A DNA stretch of 64,000 nt, from assembly GCF_009914755.1 (NCBI RefSeq), contig NC_060926.1. The stretch is one strand, 5' to 3'. The notes beneath the pieces are model-generated. The model saw nothing but the letters and a program-made list of their open reading frames with translations. It had not been told where the DNA came from and ran no database searches. The position numbers and the translations under genes were made by a program. Of the stretch, positions 1 through 14,868 are shown in pieces. Position 1 is the stretch's first letter. The number at the start of each line of letters is the position of its first letter. The stretch is from the human T2T-CHM13v2.0 reference genome, Homo sapiens.

Positions 1-254
1 TCAAGGCATATGTGAGATCACACCTGTAAAGCATGGGACAGAAGCTATTAGAGGAGAAAAGTACTTAAGAAAGAGCTCTGAAGTGTTCCAGTGTTTAGTA
101 TTTAGGAAGAATGGAAGAAAATATAAAATTTCATATATATGTTTATATACATATACATATGTGTTTATATATGTTTATATATTTCTCTCTCTTCTTATAC
201 ATTATTCTTTTAGAGTACTTAACCCATTATTTTGTGTGTTTTCTCTGTTTATGT

Positions 255-378
255 GTCTGTGTCTGCACTAGAATGTAACTCAGTGGCAAGCATCTTTTTC
301 ACTCACCTCTGTATCCACATTGTTATTTGGTTGGATGCCAAGTAACAGATGGACGAATGAGTGACTCAGTGAATGAAA
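255..378 (+). mobile_element. L2 LINE 3' end fragment
   Basis: 'ctagaatgtaactc...ctgtatccac...gaatgagtgactcagtgaatgaa' resembles the L2 3' terminus with a degenerate (TGAA)n tail. Confidence 0.55.
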
Positions 379-419
379 GACAGGAAGATGCCATATAAAA
401 TACTGGAAGGTATGATCCA

Positions 420-2660
420 GGAACATATACAAACATTTTATCTTTTGACATAGGAGTTCTTATCCTCTTATCCCAGTAATACAGTTATCATTCAACATTA
501 GAATAACTTCCAGGGCATATTATAATCATATTATAGATGAAGTGATAAAAGCAATATGACTATCTTGGTAGAAGAAAAAACATTTGAAAAAATGTTCTTG
601 TTTAAAGAACCATTGATAGCAATCTAGGAATACAAGTGTGATAAAATGTAACTACTCAAAATACAAAGAAAATGTTATATGTAATGGCAAAATTTTAGAA
701 GCATTTGTATTTAAATTAGGAGCAAGAGAGATGTTCCTGGTATCATAATTGTCATTCAGTAATCTAATCCAATGCAATAAAACAAGAAAAAAAAACTACT
801 AGAAGAGACAGTAGAATAATAATTTACAGGTAATTTTTTTACATAGAAAACCCAAGATGATGAACAAACTGTTAGAACTCAAAAAGATAGTTTAGTAAGT
901 ATATTGGATTATAATCATATCTAAAACCCAATAGTGCTTTAATTCACAATTCATAACTAATTAGAATGTATAATAAAGTAAAAGTATGTCTTACAATATC
1001 AATTAATATTCATGAAAAATAAATGTAAGAAAAATGTGTGTTGACTTTATGAAAAAACTACAAAATGCTATTGAAAAAGACAAAAGATCTGAATAAACAG
1101 TGATATACCAAGAGTCAAGAAAATGTCAATTCTTTTCCAAATTCGCTGTAAACCCAATGGCATTCCAATAATCATCACAAGAGTTTTCATGGAATTAAAA
1201 AAAAATATGTAACAGAATCTAAAATTCATAGATGAAACTGAAGGTACAGATTAGCAAAAAAAGCTCAGGAATTAAAAAAAGCAAGGCCATAAATTATTCA
1301 ATAAAATATTCCTCAAGAATTTTTAATAAAACTAAAGTAAAATAAATAGTATTGTGTTGATGAAGTGATAGACAAATAGATTAGCAAAACGAAACAGGTT
1401 TTGGAAACTAACCAAAAGCAAAGGTGAGAACTTGGTGTGTTTTGGAGATCCAGAGAAAGGATATATTATTCAATAAATGACTTTTGGGAAATTGACTTTC
1501 CTTTTGGCTAAAAAGATGAAAATTAGACTCCCAAATTTATATGCATACATCTTCCACACATATATATTCCAAATGGATTAAATATGTAAACATGAAGACA
1601 AAATGTTGATTGTGTTAGAAGAAAACAGAGGAGACTACATTTATGACCCCCGAGTTTAAAAAAATAAAAGTCCTCAACAAGAAATAAAATGCACGACTCA
1701 TTAAGGAAATGATTAATCAATCAGACGACTAAACATTATTATGTCTATACAATAAAAGAAACCACAAGTTATACAACAAGCCAAAGCATGGAAGAAGTTA
1801 TCTACAAAACCCATAAAAGCCAAAAGACCAATAAACATATAATTGTACAAATTCCTATAAATCAATAAGAAAAAGAAACTAATAAAAATGACCAAAGACA
1901 TGAATAAGTGTAGGAAATTAATTTTAAATTAAGATATACAATAATGTGCAGTCTTATTTGTAATCAGAAAAAAATTCAAATTAAAGCAAGAAGAAGATGC
2001 CAATTTTAGAACCATTAGGCTGGCCATTATTTAAATATATAAAAATATGAAACACTGGTAAAGATATGAGGGAGAAGAAAACTCACAGACGTTGATGAAA
2101 GTACAAATTTGTAAAACCGCTATGAAGTAATTCGATCACTTGATCCAGTCATTCAATTTTACATTTATACCTCAGGGAAAAACTCTCACCTATGTGGGCC
2201 AGGAATCATGTACAAGGATACTCATTGAATCACTGTTGATTCAACTATGTAAATGCCCCTCAATAATAGAATGCATTGTTTTAATATCTTTGTCATATTA
2301 CTCTACACACCTAAAAGGAATGAAATAAAGTAACATTGATAGGTCTTGAAAACAGTTTATGGAACAAGCAAGTAGCAGGGCGTTACATAGAGTACGATTC
2401 CATGTATGCAAAATCTAAAACTAAGCAAAGAATTCATCTTATTTATGACAACCAAAAGGATGTGGCGAAGTGTGAAAACATGAACTGGAGAGACAGACAT
2501 CAAATTTTCAATAGACATTGCATCTGGGGAGAGAGGAAGGCGAATGGGGAATTGTGTGAAATACAACTTTATCTGTAAAATTCTATTTCTAATTAAAGTA
2601 ATCTGAGCTAAAATTAGCATTATTATTTTGGTATAGCATATATGACATTTTGTTATGTAT
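420..2660 (+). mobile_element. Old L1M (L1MC/ME-like) LINE, degraded ORF2 3' part and 3' UTR
   Basis: A-rich top strand with L1 ORF2 landmarks ('ctaaaattcatagatg', 'gacaaatagattagcaaaac', 'ttattcaataaatg', 'tgtacaaggatactcattg', 'aaatgcccctcaataatagaatg'); no intact ORF. Confidence 0.8.
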
Positions 2661-2848
2661 TTTCTATAATTTATTTTAAACACAGAGAAAGAAGGGGAGG
2701 CAGAGTGGGGGCTGTAGTACAGGCTCACTTCAAATATACAGGGACTGAGGACACAGCTCAGCTGTGGCTGAGATCCACTGTGCTTAATCATCAAAGCAAG
2801 GCAGCTGTCCAGCTGAGTGGACCTGAGAAACTGAGCTGTACCCTGGAG

Positions 2849-3399
2849 CAGCAGTCCCCAACCTTTTTGGCACCAGGGATTGGTTTCGTGAAAGACAATT
2901 TTCCCACGGACCTGGCAGTCAGTGTGACGGTGGGGTGGGGGCATTCAAATGCATTACACTTATTGTGCACTTTATTTCTATTATTATTACATTATAATAC
3001 AAAATAATTATACAACTCACCATAACATAGAATCAATGGGAGTTCTGAGCTTGTTTTCCTGCAACTAGACAGTCCCACCTGGGGGTGATGGGAGACAGTG
3101 ACAGATTATCAGGCATTAGATGCTCAGAAAAAGTGTGCAACCCAGATCCCTTGCATGCACAGTTCACAGTTGGATTTGCACTCCTATGAGAATCTAATAC
3201 TGGGGATAATCTGCAGGAGGCAGTGCTCAGGTGGTAATGCGAATGATGGGGAGTGGCTGTAAATACAGATGGAAGCTTCGCTCTCCTGATGCTCACCTCC
3301 TGCCGCTCACCTCCTGCCGTGAGGCCCAGTTGCTAGCAGGCCATGTACTGCTACCAATCCACCACTACCAATCCATGGCCCAGGGGTTGGGGACCCCTG
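2849..3399 (+). mobile_element. MER1A-like hAT-Charlie MITE
   Basis: Terminal inverted repeats 'cagcagtccccaacc' and 'ggttggggacccctg', ~550 bp, internal sequence typical of MER1A. Confidence 0.85.
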
Positions 3400-4439
3400 T
3401 CCCAAGGGACGGGTGGGCTTGTATGCCTGCTGGTTGAGAGAAAGGTCCCTGCAAAAGGCTCATCTGAGATGTATTCGATGCTGGCCATGCAGTGGACACA
3501 AATGACCTGCCACGGTATGAGTAAGACTGCCTAGTTCAGGAGCTAAGTGGAGAAGATTCTGCAGAAATAGGACACTAGTGATTCTATCTTATAACAAAAC
3601 AAACAGCTTCTCTATTTCTAAGGATGATTACTATAAGTTTCATTCCACATATTTCTAAACACAGAAAAACAAATCCTTTGAAAATTCTTACCAGAAATAT
3701 TTGAGAGGGGCCATCAGGAAGCTGTCTGCATGACTTTAAGGGTTCCGAGTTGATAACCCAATTCTTAGTATTTATTGATACTTGGGTTGGTGCCATACCT
3801 CCCAAGCAATAAGTATTCCTGATTAGCTCTGAGCTACAGCAGATGGCGAGTAGTTTAGAAATCTGATTTGTCTCTCACGCTCTGTTTTAGGGTAGTGTGG
3901 TAGATCGCATTGCCTGGCTTTGACAGGTCAAGTATGATGTTCAGGTATGATACAGAGCTTGTCACTGAGAGGCAGGATCTCTGGGTGGCAGTCATTCACG
4001 TGTGTAGAGGGGGAGAAACTGGGTTGTTCTTGCCCCTCACACTGTCCTTTTGCTTAGTCTGACTTTCCAAAGACTTTGAACAGCACATTTCAAGTTAGAA
4101 AATGGGATAGCTTTGTAATTTATTGAAATGTTTAAAAGTCTATTTGTTCCTGGAGAATTTATCCTTTAGCCTCCATGTCTAGTAATATTTGAAATATCCA
4201 GGTGGATCAAGTAGTGCCCACAAAACAAAGTAAGTTAACACTGATATGTCCTCGGCTTTCAGTAAAAGACATTAGTACTTGCAGTGCTAGTGTCGAAGAC
4301 ATTGTTCACTGTGAGATTTCATCTTCTCTCTATACAGATATATGTTTGATTTATTTTTCAAATTCATATGCCAGAAAATGTGTTGTATTTCCTGAAGAAC
4401 TAACTTTTTTTGTTTCTCTTTCATTGTTCTGTGCAAAAC

Positions 4440-4680
4440 ATAGGATTGATCTCTAGAGTCAGGGTGCATAATTTGGAATTGCCAACATAAACTTTTATGT
4501 GTTGCATGCTCTTAAACAAATTACTTAACTCCCTCTGCCTCAGTTTCCTCATTTGTATAATGGCATTGCTAACAGTCTCTTTTTGTACAGAGTATGGTTA
4601 AGGATTGAATGAGTTAGGACACGAGAAGTGCTTAGAATAGAACCTAGCTTATAGTGTCCATTCAATAAATAGCCAGCACT
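4440..4680 (+). mobile_element. MIR SINE
   Basis: MIR core 'ttacttaactccctctgcctcagtttcctcatttgtataatgg...gtgcttagaatag'. Confidence 0.75.
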
Positions 4681-5893
4681 ATTAGACAGAAACTGATTAA
4701 TGTAATGAACATATAACCTATTTTTGGTTTGGTCACTGCACGGGCTCCATGGCCTGAGTGTTTATGTGCTGGCCTCCCCAGCACCTTTTATTTTCCAAGG
4801 CATTGCTTAGAGGATTTTACTTTTAGTTTTCCATTAAAAAAATTATTTTTAGTTCCCTTACATTTTCTGAACATAAAGGATTAGAACAGAGTGTGTACTT
4901 GTGTGTGTGTTTATGTATGTTCCTATATGCTGGAAGTGCCCAGAAACAAAGCCTGGGTAAATAACACAGCCACTTCCCACCACTTGATGAAAATGCACAA
5001 GGAAATCCCACTGAGGACAGCCACCGGAATAACTCCCGGGACACAGACCCCAGCTGCTCAAAAACAGTGTCTTCTTGTAGGCCCATAGCAACCTTGTTTT
5101 TGGTGAAAAATGTGTGTTAAGAGTTAAAAAAACAAAAACAACAACTATAGGCAAGATGGTGAGGGGCATGAGTGAAGAGTTGAGGATGAAAAGAAGTCGC
5201 TGTCTCTGAAATACTACATAAAAACTGACCACAGTGAAAAAATCGCAGGGTTAGGCTATGATAATATCAGGGGGAAATGCATTTGGTGAAAACCTGGAGC
5301 CTAAAATTAACCTAAATCATTCCTAGAATTCAGACCTTCACCCACCACAACTTTCTAAGCCCCAGTTCTCTAAAATACTAAACACCAGGGCTCCCTATCC
5401 AAAAGTGACTAGGATTGAGAGGAGGGCATAGACGTGATTCCTAAACTCAGAAAAGCATTCACATAGAGGAGGTATCATCATTAGGATCATTCATGTTACT
5501 ATTACCAATTTCTTTATTGAGGTTGTTTTCCAGAGAGTGATATCTTCTCAGCTGAAGATAAGCTGAGCCTGTAACTTCTCCCCAAAATGCAGGTAGAGCC
5601 TTCTCCATGCTCTTGGGCCAGAGAAATAAAAGGAGCGGGAGAAAAGAACACTCCGTGAAGGAAATTGTGCAGTGGGAAGCTCTGCAATTGTCCCTGCCTG
5701 TGTTCGCTAGCAGCCAGCCTGGCTTAGGGTCATTAGCTTAATGAGCTATTGTATTTTTTCTCTTTCTCTCTAAAAAGTCTGCTGAAACATCCTCCCAGGA
5801 GCCAAATGAGGAGGCGAAGAAATAAACAGCAGCTGATAGCTGAGGGAGCTTAGCCAGAGAACCCGTCAACTCAGGATGTCTGTCCCTGAGTGG

Positions 5894-5930
5894 GTGTGTG
5901 TGTGTGTGTGTGTGTGTGCACGCGTGCACA
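5894..5930. repeat. (GT)n microsatellite ending in a 16-bp palindrome
   Basis: About 12 GT units followed by TGTGCACGCGTGCACA (5915-5930). Confidence 0.9.
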
Positions 5931-6292
5931 GGAGTGGGGGGATTTAGAGGAGGCTGGACAGACAGAGAGACCTGTGGAAGAAGAGGTCTCTCACACTGCA
6001 AGTGGGAGCAGCCTTCCAGAAGTTCTAGGGGCCTGCCCTAAAGGTGGCTCTGGCTTTCAAGGAAGTATAAAGCAGGACCACAGCCAAAGTGAGGATGTGA
6101 GGTGATTTCCCCACCACGGTGATTAAGAAAGCATGGCACATTCACCCATGGATGAGTCTTATCTTTAGATGTGACATTGGCCATTACAATGTTGGCTTAT
6201 TTAGTTTAAAGTGAGAAATAAGTTAGTTGACACATGTAATAGAAGGTTTCTAGTGCTTCTTGAAAGAATATATGAGCTACTCAGTGGCCTAC

Positions 6293-6667
6293 TGTATTAT
6301 TCCATTTTCATACTGCTATAAAGAACTGCCCAAGGCTGGGTAATTTTTAAAGGAAAAAGGTTTAATTGACTCACAGTTCTTCACGTCGGGGGGAGACCTC
6401 AGGAAACTTACAATCATGGCAGAATGCAAAGGGGGAGCAAGACACCTTCTTCACAAGGTGGCAGGAAGGAGAAGTGCTGAGAGAAGGGGAAAGTGCCCCT
6501 TAAAAAACCATCGGATGCCGTGGGAACTCACTCACTATCAGGAGAACAGCATGAGAGAAACTGCCCCCATGACTCAATTACCTCCACCTGGTCTCTCCTT
6601 TGATACATAGAGATTACGGGGATTATAATTCAAGATGAGATTTGGGTGGAGACACATAACTATATCA
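6293..6667 (-). mobile_element. THE1C/D-type MaLR solo LTR
   Basis: Starts 'tgtattattccattttcatactgctataaag', ends 'gagatttgggtggagacacataactatatca'. Confidence 0.85.
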
Positions 6668-8601
6668 ACTATGGAGGCAACCAGGCCAGAAGGAATCCAG
6701 AAGGACAGAGCTTGGTCCTCACCAGGGGCCATCCCCAATCCTATCACAGACATTGACTCTACATCCCCATCCAAGACCAAGCCACAACATTTGGGGAGTT
6801 TCTATTCCAGTTGTCTTCATAATGCTTTTTTACACGATGTTAATAGCAGAGCCTCACTGTAGGAGATTTGAAAATTGAGAAAAATGCAAAAAGGATGGAA
6901 ACTACATTTAATCTTACAATCCTAAAAGATTATTAACATCTTGATATGTTTATCTTGGATGCACATTTTCATAGACTTTGCAGTTTGCATTTCCCCCCCA
7001 CAGGATACTTTAGCAATAAATTTCCACCAAATTATTTAAAATGAAGTTTAAATAATCTGCTCTGCTACAAATGTACCATAACATGTTTAATCATTGCTCT
7101 ATTGTTGAACATGGATGGTCTCCATTATTTTATCATACACATCATGGAGTGAATCTCTTTTCATCCTAGAATATACATCTTTGCCAATAATGCTAACTAT
7201 TTCTTTGTCATTGATTACTAGAAGTGGGATTATGGGGTTGAAGAATGTTCAGTCTCAAAATATGCACACAAACACATGCACACACACTCCACCTGCTTTC
7301 TGGAAAAGCCGTACAATTTTTATCCCCTTCTGAAGTGTATGAAAGCACCAATTTTTCATACTGCCTTTCCAATTATGAATATTATAACTTAAGCAAAATG
7401 TTTTCATTTTCAAAGGCACAAAATGGTATTTCATTGTTTGAATGGGAACCTGTATTTCTCAGGGACAGGACTTTGGGCTGGATGATGAACGGATCAAGTG
7501 GTGAAGAGGGGTCTCCAGGGAGAAGCCCCAGAGAGTGCCTGCAGAGCTGCTGTGCCTGCGCCCCCTAGGCCCCGCCAGGATTGTGCCAGGCAGGAGCAGC
7601 CTCTCCAGGGGGCAGCCACAGGAAGAAGTTTCCTGAGGTCTTCAAGAACCCTGGGCAAGTGGAAGCCTTGTGGCTTTACAGGGAAACTGAGAGCTGGTTC
7701 CTGATCAGGAAAAGCTTCAGAGCCTATGGAGCCTGGGAAGAAAGGCACTCACTGGTTTGGCCAGGAGCACTGACCCTGGGTTGTGCGCTCTCTCCCCCAC
7801 CTCAGAGTGGTTCCCCTCTTGCTCATCCTGGCCCAAAGACAGGAGAGAAGGAGGCTTGATTTTGAGTTTCTCTTCCCCTTCCTGTGTCCCATATGTGTCC
7901 ATCGGGCTGGGGTTCACCCCCCTGGGGCATCTTCTCTGAACTCTTATGTCTACAGAGCCACTTCCTCTTGGAGCTCCCGAAGCACAGCCTTCTTGCCTCG
8001 ACCTGTCGCATCACTGTGATTTTCGGCTCACTGCATCTCTTTTTTAAATATCACTAAATGCCTCGAGGGGCAAACATGTCTTACTTTTCACTTTTCCCTA
8101 GCACAGTGTCTGGCACATAGTATGTGATGAATAAATGAACACAGCTAGGATCTTCTGCATCCCACCCAGATGGGACCTTTCTCCGCCACGGTGTGCCCTG
8201 CTCACCACCTTCAGCACAAGGTCGCCTGTGGCTCAGAAGCAAGCGCTCTGGATGCAGGCAGTGCAGGGCAGCTTGTTTCCCTAGGCAACCTGCTTTCTCT
8301 TTCAGAAAGCATTTCTCATTTGCAGTTCTGGGGCCTGCAACTTTTGCCATATGTCGGTTGTCGCTGCCTTCATGATCCCAGCCATATTAATGTTATAATT
8401 AGAGCCAGTATTTATACAGACTTTCTTCTGAGCAGCTCCTCGCGCTTTGCAGGAATGATTTACTTTCTCTTCTCTGCATTGCTGGTTCAGGGATATTATT
8501 ACATTTCAGATTTAGGGACAGATTGAGAGAGAGAAACATGCCAGAGACAGAAAAGCGAGAGGAGCAGATACCCACTGAGAAGTCACCCTCTGGCTCCATG
8601 A

Positions 8602-8931
<330 letters not shown>

Positions 8932-9493
8932 TGAACCTCTACTTTTTCTGGATTGTGTTATTGAACAATATTAACAGAAGGATCTGAAAGATCTTGATAT
9001 GCTGTAATTTGGTGAGTTTGGGCTAAATTATCAATAGTGAACAATCCCTGATCACCATGCCTCTGTGACTTATAGCAACCAAGGCTCATTCCTTGCTCTA
9101 GTTGCAGGTTGAGTCAAGGTTAGCCATGCTGCCAGCTCCGTTCCTGGTCACTCTCTCCTCCCAACCCCTGGAATGAAGGAGCAGCCCCTGTCTGCTCTGC
9201 TCACCTGGCAGAGAGAAAGGGCACCTGCTGGGGAAGGGGGTACAATTCCTTCAGTCTGTGTGTGGGCATGCATGTGGGAGTGTGCAGGCCACACAGCCAT
9301 GGGTGGGGGCGTATTATTATTTTACACGGCAGACACACCTGACAGGGAGCTGAACTGCCACTGCCCTTCTACCCTGTGCTGGCTGCTGCCTCTCAGTTCC
9401 TGTGAATTGTTTCACGCTTTGTTTCCAATTCTGCATTTTCTCTCTTTCCCACCTTCACTTCTTGTTTTAATCTGGTTCTGGAGCCCTGTATGT

Positions 9494-9517
9494 GCTCTCT
9501 CTCTCTCTCTCCCTCTC

Positions 9518-9565
<48 letters not shown>

Positions 9566-9570
9566 TCATA
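9494..9570. repeat. Compound (CT)n(CA)n microsatellite
   Basis: Directly visible. Confidence 0.95.
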
Positions 9571-10214
9571 CTGAGCCTCCTCCCGCTGAATCCAGGGCTT
9601 GCATTAGCGCTTTGCATGCTTTGGAGATTCTTTCTTTAACAGATTTCTACATTGCTCCTGTGAAAGTAAACCACTGCACTTTTTTATCTTGTAAATAATC
9701 CAAATAATCACTTTTTTAAAAAAGTCAGTATCCTTTTTCTAATCATATGAATTTAAAAGCAACAGAAATGCCCTTTTCTGAATCTGCTTTCCGTGAACAG
9801 CTAACCACACAGACTGCACTGTTTTGATGCCTCGGGGTGGATGCACTTGTAGATGCTTGGCTTTCCTAGAAGCCGGCTCACCCCTACCTCGATCCCAGCC
9901 CCAGCTTTCCAATCTTCATCGCCAAGAAGAAAGTGTTTCTAACTGTTCCTATAGGCAGGCTTCTGCTCTGGAAATAGAAAGTGTCAGTCAGACACTAAAT
10001 TCTCAGATTGATGTGGCAGCTGGAATTAGTGGCAGGAACTATGGGCTGAGAGTCAAATAACCTATGCAGGGACTCTTGTGTTTGCTCAAGCCTGGGCCCT
10101 CGGGGCCTGAGTGTCTTCAGCTCTCAAGTTAGGTGACCTCAAGACACCTTTGAGCACTAGGGTTCTTCTCAAGACTATAACATGTAGAAAAGTGGAAGAA
10201 ACCCACTATTCTTA

Positions 10215-10559
<345 letters not shown>

Positions 10560-10619
10560 CTAACATGCAAAACACTCAGCCAGTAAAGACGTCACAATGA
10601 TGTTCACAGTGAACAATCG

Positions 10620-11282
10620 AATAACAAAGCCACAGATTCCTTCTATTTTTTGGCTTTGCTCTTTTGACTGTGTGGCTTTTGTCCTCATAGTCACAAGATG
10701 GCTGCCATACCGCCAGGCATTGAAGGTGGAAGAAGAATTTAAAACCCTTCTTCTTGCAAGGCTTTGCATTCTACTTAGAGAAGAAGCCTTTCTCAGCAGA
10801 TGTCCATTCATGTCTCAGAGGACACAGTTGTCCTATGTGGCTATTGCTAGCTCAAAACTGGAAATGAAAATCAAACATCAGATATGTGGCTTTCCTGTCT
10901 TTTTTTTTTTTTTTTTTTGAGATAGGGTCTTTCTCTGTCACTCGGGCTGGAGTGCAGTGGTGCAATCACAGCTCACAGCAGCTTTGGGCTCAAGCGATCC
11001 TCCTGCCTCAGCCTCCTGGGTAGCTGAGACTACAGGTATGTGCCACCAATTCTGGCTATTTTTAAAATATTTTTTTGTAGAGACAGGTCTCACCATATTG
11101 TCCAGGCTAGTCTCAAACTCCTGGGCTGAAGCGATCTTTCCTCCTTGGCCTCCCAAAGTGCTGGCATTACAGGCATGAGCTACTATGGCTGCTGCTTTCC
11201 TGACTTTATAAAAGAAGAAAGCAAGGGTAAAGAAGAACAGGAATGGGTGCTTGAGTGAGTCACCCTATGGTAATCTGCTACA
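10620..11282 (-). mobile_element. Old MLT1 (J/K-like) LTR fragment interrupted by an AluJ
   Basis: 'gtcctcatagtcacaagatggctgcc' and terminal 'aatctgctaca' are typical of reverse-strand MLT1. Confidence 0.55.
10899..11190 (-). mobile_element. AluJ
   Basis: Poly(T) then 'gagatagggtct...gggctcaagcgatcctcc'; TSD GCTTTCCTG on both sides. Confidence 0.9.
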
Positions 11283-11324
11283 AATATTTGTCTGAAGTTC
11301 TCATCTGAAATTCTTCAGTTAGGC

Positions 11325-11570
11325 AGCATGGTATTGTTCAAAGACCATGAGGTCTGTCATCAGACGGAACTGTTAGGACAATGCCTGTTATTTTAGTTAT
11401 TATCTTTGAAACCTTGGGCAAGGTCTTAGAGTCTTTGGGCTTCAAGTTTCCTTATCTCTGAAAAAGTATAATAATACCAGTCTTCGTTTCTTGTGATAAT
11501 TAAATGAGATAATAGGTAATAAGCTTAGGGCAATGCTTGCATTTAGCATGAATTCATAAAAATGAGTAAC
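11325..11570 (+). mobile_element. MIR SINE
   Basis: 'accttgggcaagg...gtttccttatctctgaaaaag...ttaaatgagataat'. Confidence 0.65.
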
Positions 11571-12029
11571 TCTGAGTTACGTTTTGTTCATAAGCAGGAT
11601 GTGTCAATATCACACACACGTGTGCATGCATAACACAGAAAATCAGTAACATTTGAGCAAAACGTGAGGTCCAAATTATCAAATTCCTCCTCTGAGGACC
11701 ACAAGCTATGTTCTGGATTTTTCATATTCTCTTGATCCTTGTGTGATGTGCACACCTCAAAGACCACCTAGAACGTCCCAGTGGCTGTGGCGACGAGGGC
11801 CTTGTGCATACAATGCAGGCATGTTGATTTCAACGGGAGTGAAGTCTTTCAAAGCAGACCCCAAGAGCTGGGTCAACAGCTCTTTCAAAGAACATCCTAT
11901 GCCAGTAAGCCTTTAGCCTGTCCCACCATCGCTGGTCCCTGGACTGTTGTAATGGGCTCTTTGCTGACCTCCCCATCTCAGCTGCCCTGGTCTCTCCTTC
12001 TACAGGTGAGAGTGAGCCATTGACAATTA

Positions 12030-12535
12030 AATTAGGTCACAAAGTTCTTCTACTGAAGACCACCCTACAATGGCTTCCTCTCTCAGTTAAAACCCACGGC
12101 CTCACCAGTACCATAAGCCCCTCCTGCAGCCTGCCATGCACCCCAGCCTGAGTCCCACCACGCCTCCTGCTGCTGCTCTGCAGATTTTCTTCCTGATCCT
12201 CAAGCAAACCCAGCAAAGCCCTGCCTGAGATACTTGGTCTTGCTGTGCCCACCACCTGGATATGCACATGGGATCATGTGCCCATCGTTCAGGACTCTGC
12301 TCAAATATCCCCTCCTCAGAAATCTCCGTCATACCTTCTCACCACGTGACATCATACGTTTATCTGGTGGTCTGTGGGCTGCCCCATCTGCTAAAATGTA
12401 AGTCCTAGAAGGGCAGCAGCTGTGTCGTTTTTGTTCCCTTGTGTGAGCCCAGCATTGAGAATCATGTCGGACACGCAGAATACACCCAGGAAATCTTAAG
12501 TGAAGAAAAAGTAAATGAATAAGTAAAGAGATGAA
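12030..12535 (+). mobile_element. L2 LINE 3' fragment
   Basis: 'tctgctcaaatatcccctcctcagaaa...ctaaaatgtaagtcctagaagggcag...aatgaataa'. Confidence 0.7.
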
Positions 12536-13960
12536 TCCATCACTCCCGGAGTAGTTCCTGATTTCCACATGCATTTCATTCCTGCTGATTTAGTTTCTTA
12601 TGCGTGGTCCTGAAGAAGCCCAGGACTAACCCCTCTATCTGTGAAGCAGCAGAGTTAACAAGACGTTTCACATAAGCTGCCTCTGTGGACTCCCTCCATC
12701 ACCTCATCCACCTTGTCAGGCTGGCAAGGCAGGGAGATTCTGATACTCAGGACCTGGGCTGGGACCCAGGCGTTGCTTAAGCACACTCAAGTTTTAGTGC
12801 CTTCTTGAAGAGGAGGAAATGCTTTGGTTCTTTGTTTATAGATGGCTTTGCTCTCCATCCCATTCTTCCTCGAACAGTCTCACAAATTGGGCTCTCCTAC
12901 ATCTGTCTCAGCTCCCCCCTCCACCTCTATTGATACAACCCAGCACATTTTAATAGCAATATCTGTGGCATTCATTGTTGAAATGGAATATGAATAAGAT
13001 TTGTAGCCCCATTTTTTTTCCTGCTGTAATTACTGATCCCTATGTCCTGGGGGCAAGGGAAGAGAGAGAGAATTTTCCCATCCATCGTTGAAGCATTTAG
13101 GTTCCATCTTGGCAGCACCCAGGTCACATCAGGTCTCACGGGTTTTTTCAGGTTATCACCTGCTCTGTGATCTCCCCCATACCTTACTCCAAATCCATGT
13201 TCCTCCCATTAAATATGGGTTGCTTCATCCTTTATCTATTCCACGTAAACTTCATGAATCAGGGCTGCTCACCCCAAAACTGCATTTTTTCAGTCAGTCT
13301 AAAATGGTGACGTGGATATAACTGATTGTATGTGCTATGATGAGGCTGTCCAAAAGGTATTTAAATTTCTGTAAAGAAAATCATAGTGAAACTCTGGGCC
13401 TGGGAGCTGTAATAACTGGCAGAGCCTGGAAGAGACCAGGAAGGGCTTTGACCGCACCTTGCCCCCAGCCTCCACCACGACCCACACTCCTGCAATTGCA
13501 CAAAAATAGTCTTGCATTTGTAAAGATTTGAGATAATCTATGCCTTTCAACTAGTTTCCACCTCCGAATACCCAGCCTCTTACTCTAGACTCACTTTTGT
13601 GGGCCACTATCTGTGTGAGTAAAATGCACTAGGAGCATTGGAAACATTGGACAGAATTCATCTTCACTACGATCCTATGAGGTAGGTATTGCCATCTCCA
13701 TGTGCAGATGAGAATACTCACACAGCAGCTCATTTCTGCACCCAAGATCTCACATCTGCCAACTGCCCAGCTCAGATTTGAGCTCGAAGATCACCAGAAT
13801 CAAAGCCCATCCTCACGACTGTCCAAGAAGGCCGTCTCATTCAGCCACGTGTCTCCTCCTGGAAAGATAAAGGCAACAGTCAAAGGCTTAAAAGGGATTT
13901 TGCACAGTAAATGCTCTTAAAAATTATAGAAGTGCTCAAAATTAGTAGCTTTTTCTCCGG

Positions 13961-14078
13961 TTTTTTTTTTTTTTTTTTTTGAGACAGGTCTGGCTTTGTT
14001 GCCCAGGCTGGAGTGCAGTGGCAAGATCTTGGCTCACTGTAACCTCCGCTGCCACGGGTTCAGGTGATTCTCCTATTG
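13961..14078 (-). mobile_element. Truncated Alu (part of right arm)
   Basis: Poly(T)-'gagacaggtctggctttgttgcccaggctggagtgcagtgg'; homology stops after 'gtgattctcct'. Confidence 0.85.
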
Positions 14079-14868
14079 CCGTGTGTTGTGAATAAAAGAA
14101 TACACTGCTTACTGGCAAATTTTTTTTATCAAGTCAAGCTTTTCGCCCTTGAATCTCATTTATCTTATAAAGAAAATGATTCTCAGAAATTCAAGTTTTG
14201 TTTCATCAGATCATGTGAAGGCAGTATGGGACTGCTCTATGTTGTCTAAGAGTTCTGCATTAATTGATGTATTTAAATCTCTATTTTATGATTCAAAGCA
14301 ACATTAAGGGCACGCTAATAAACACAACTTCAGTTCAATAGTGCATCTAATGTAGTATTTTTCTCTGTAACGATCCTATATTCTTCATTAACTCAGCTAG
14401 CAAATACCACCCCATCTGAAACCAGGTATATCTGGCAGATGGAATCAAAGTAGTAAACTCACTGTATCAATAGTGCAGGCAAGCTGGGGAATGTTAACCG
14501 CCTGAGTTATTTTTGGGCAGTTCAGCAGATTTCTTCTTTCCATAATAAGTGAATTTTCTCCACAGAATTTTAAATTTAACTGATTTTTCCTCAACAAAAC
14601 AAAGTTACTCCAAAAAGAAATGTCTATTAACTCTTTACCATAAGTTACATTTATGATCAAACTTTAAAAAAAGAAAAAGATCAAATTTTTCTTTGGGGTT
14701 ATATCTAATACTCTATAGTCTAGTATATTAATGCAATTATCCTAAAGCTTTAAAAATTACCTAATCTCTATAGAAAATGGTTGAAAAGTGGCGAGGCTGT
14801 TGACCTCTAAATTAACAGATAATAGCAATGTCATCAAAGGGGAAAAAAATCAACGTCAGTTTATCACC

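Noticed and set aside
2357-2944. Longest ORF (195 aa)
   Set aside because: Chimeric read-through of antisense MER1A and L1 sequence.
11990-12015. Splice-like 'ctctccttctacag/gtgaga' and other isolated donor or acceptor matches (30078, 34011, 54886)
   Set aside because: Single motifs without a consistent exon chain are expected by chance.
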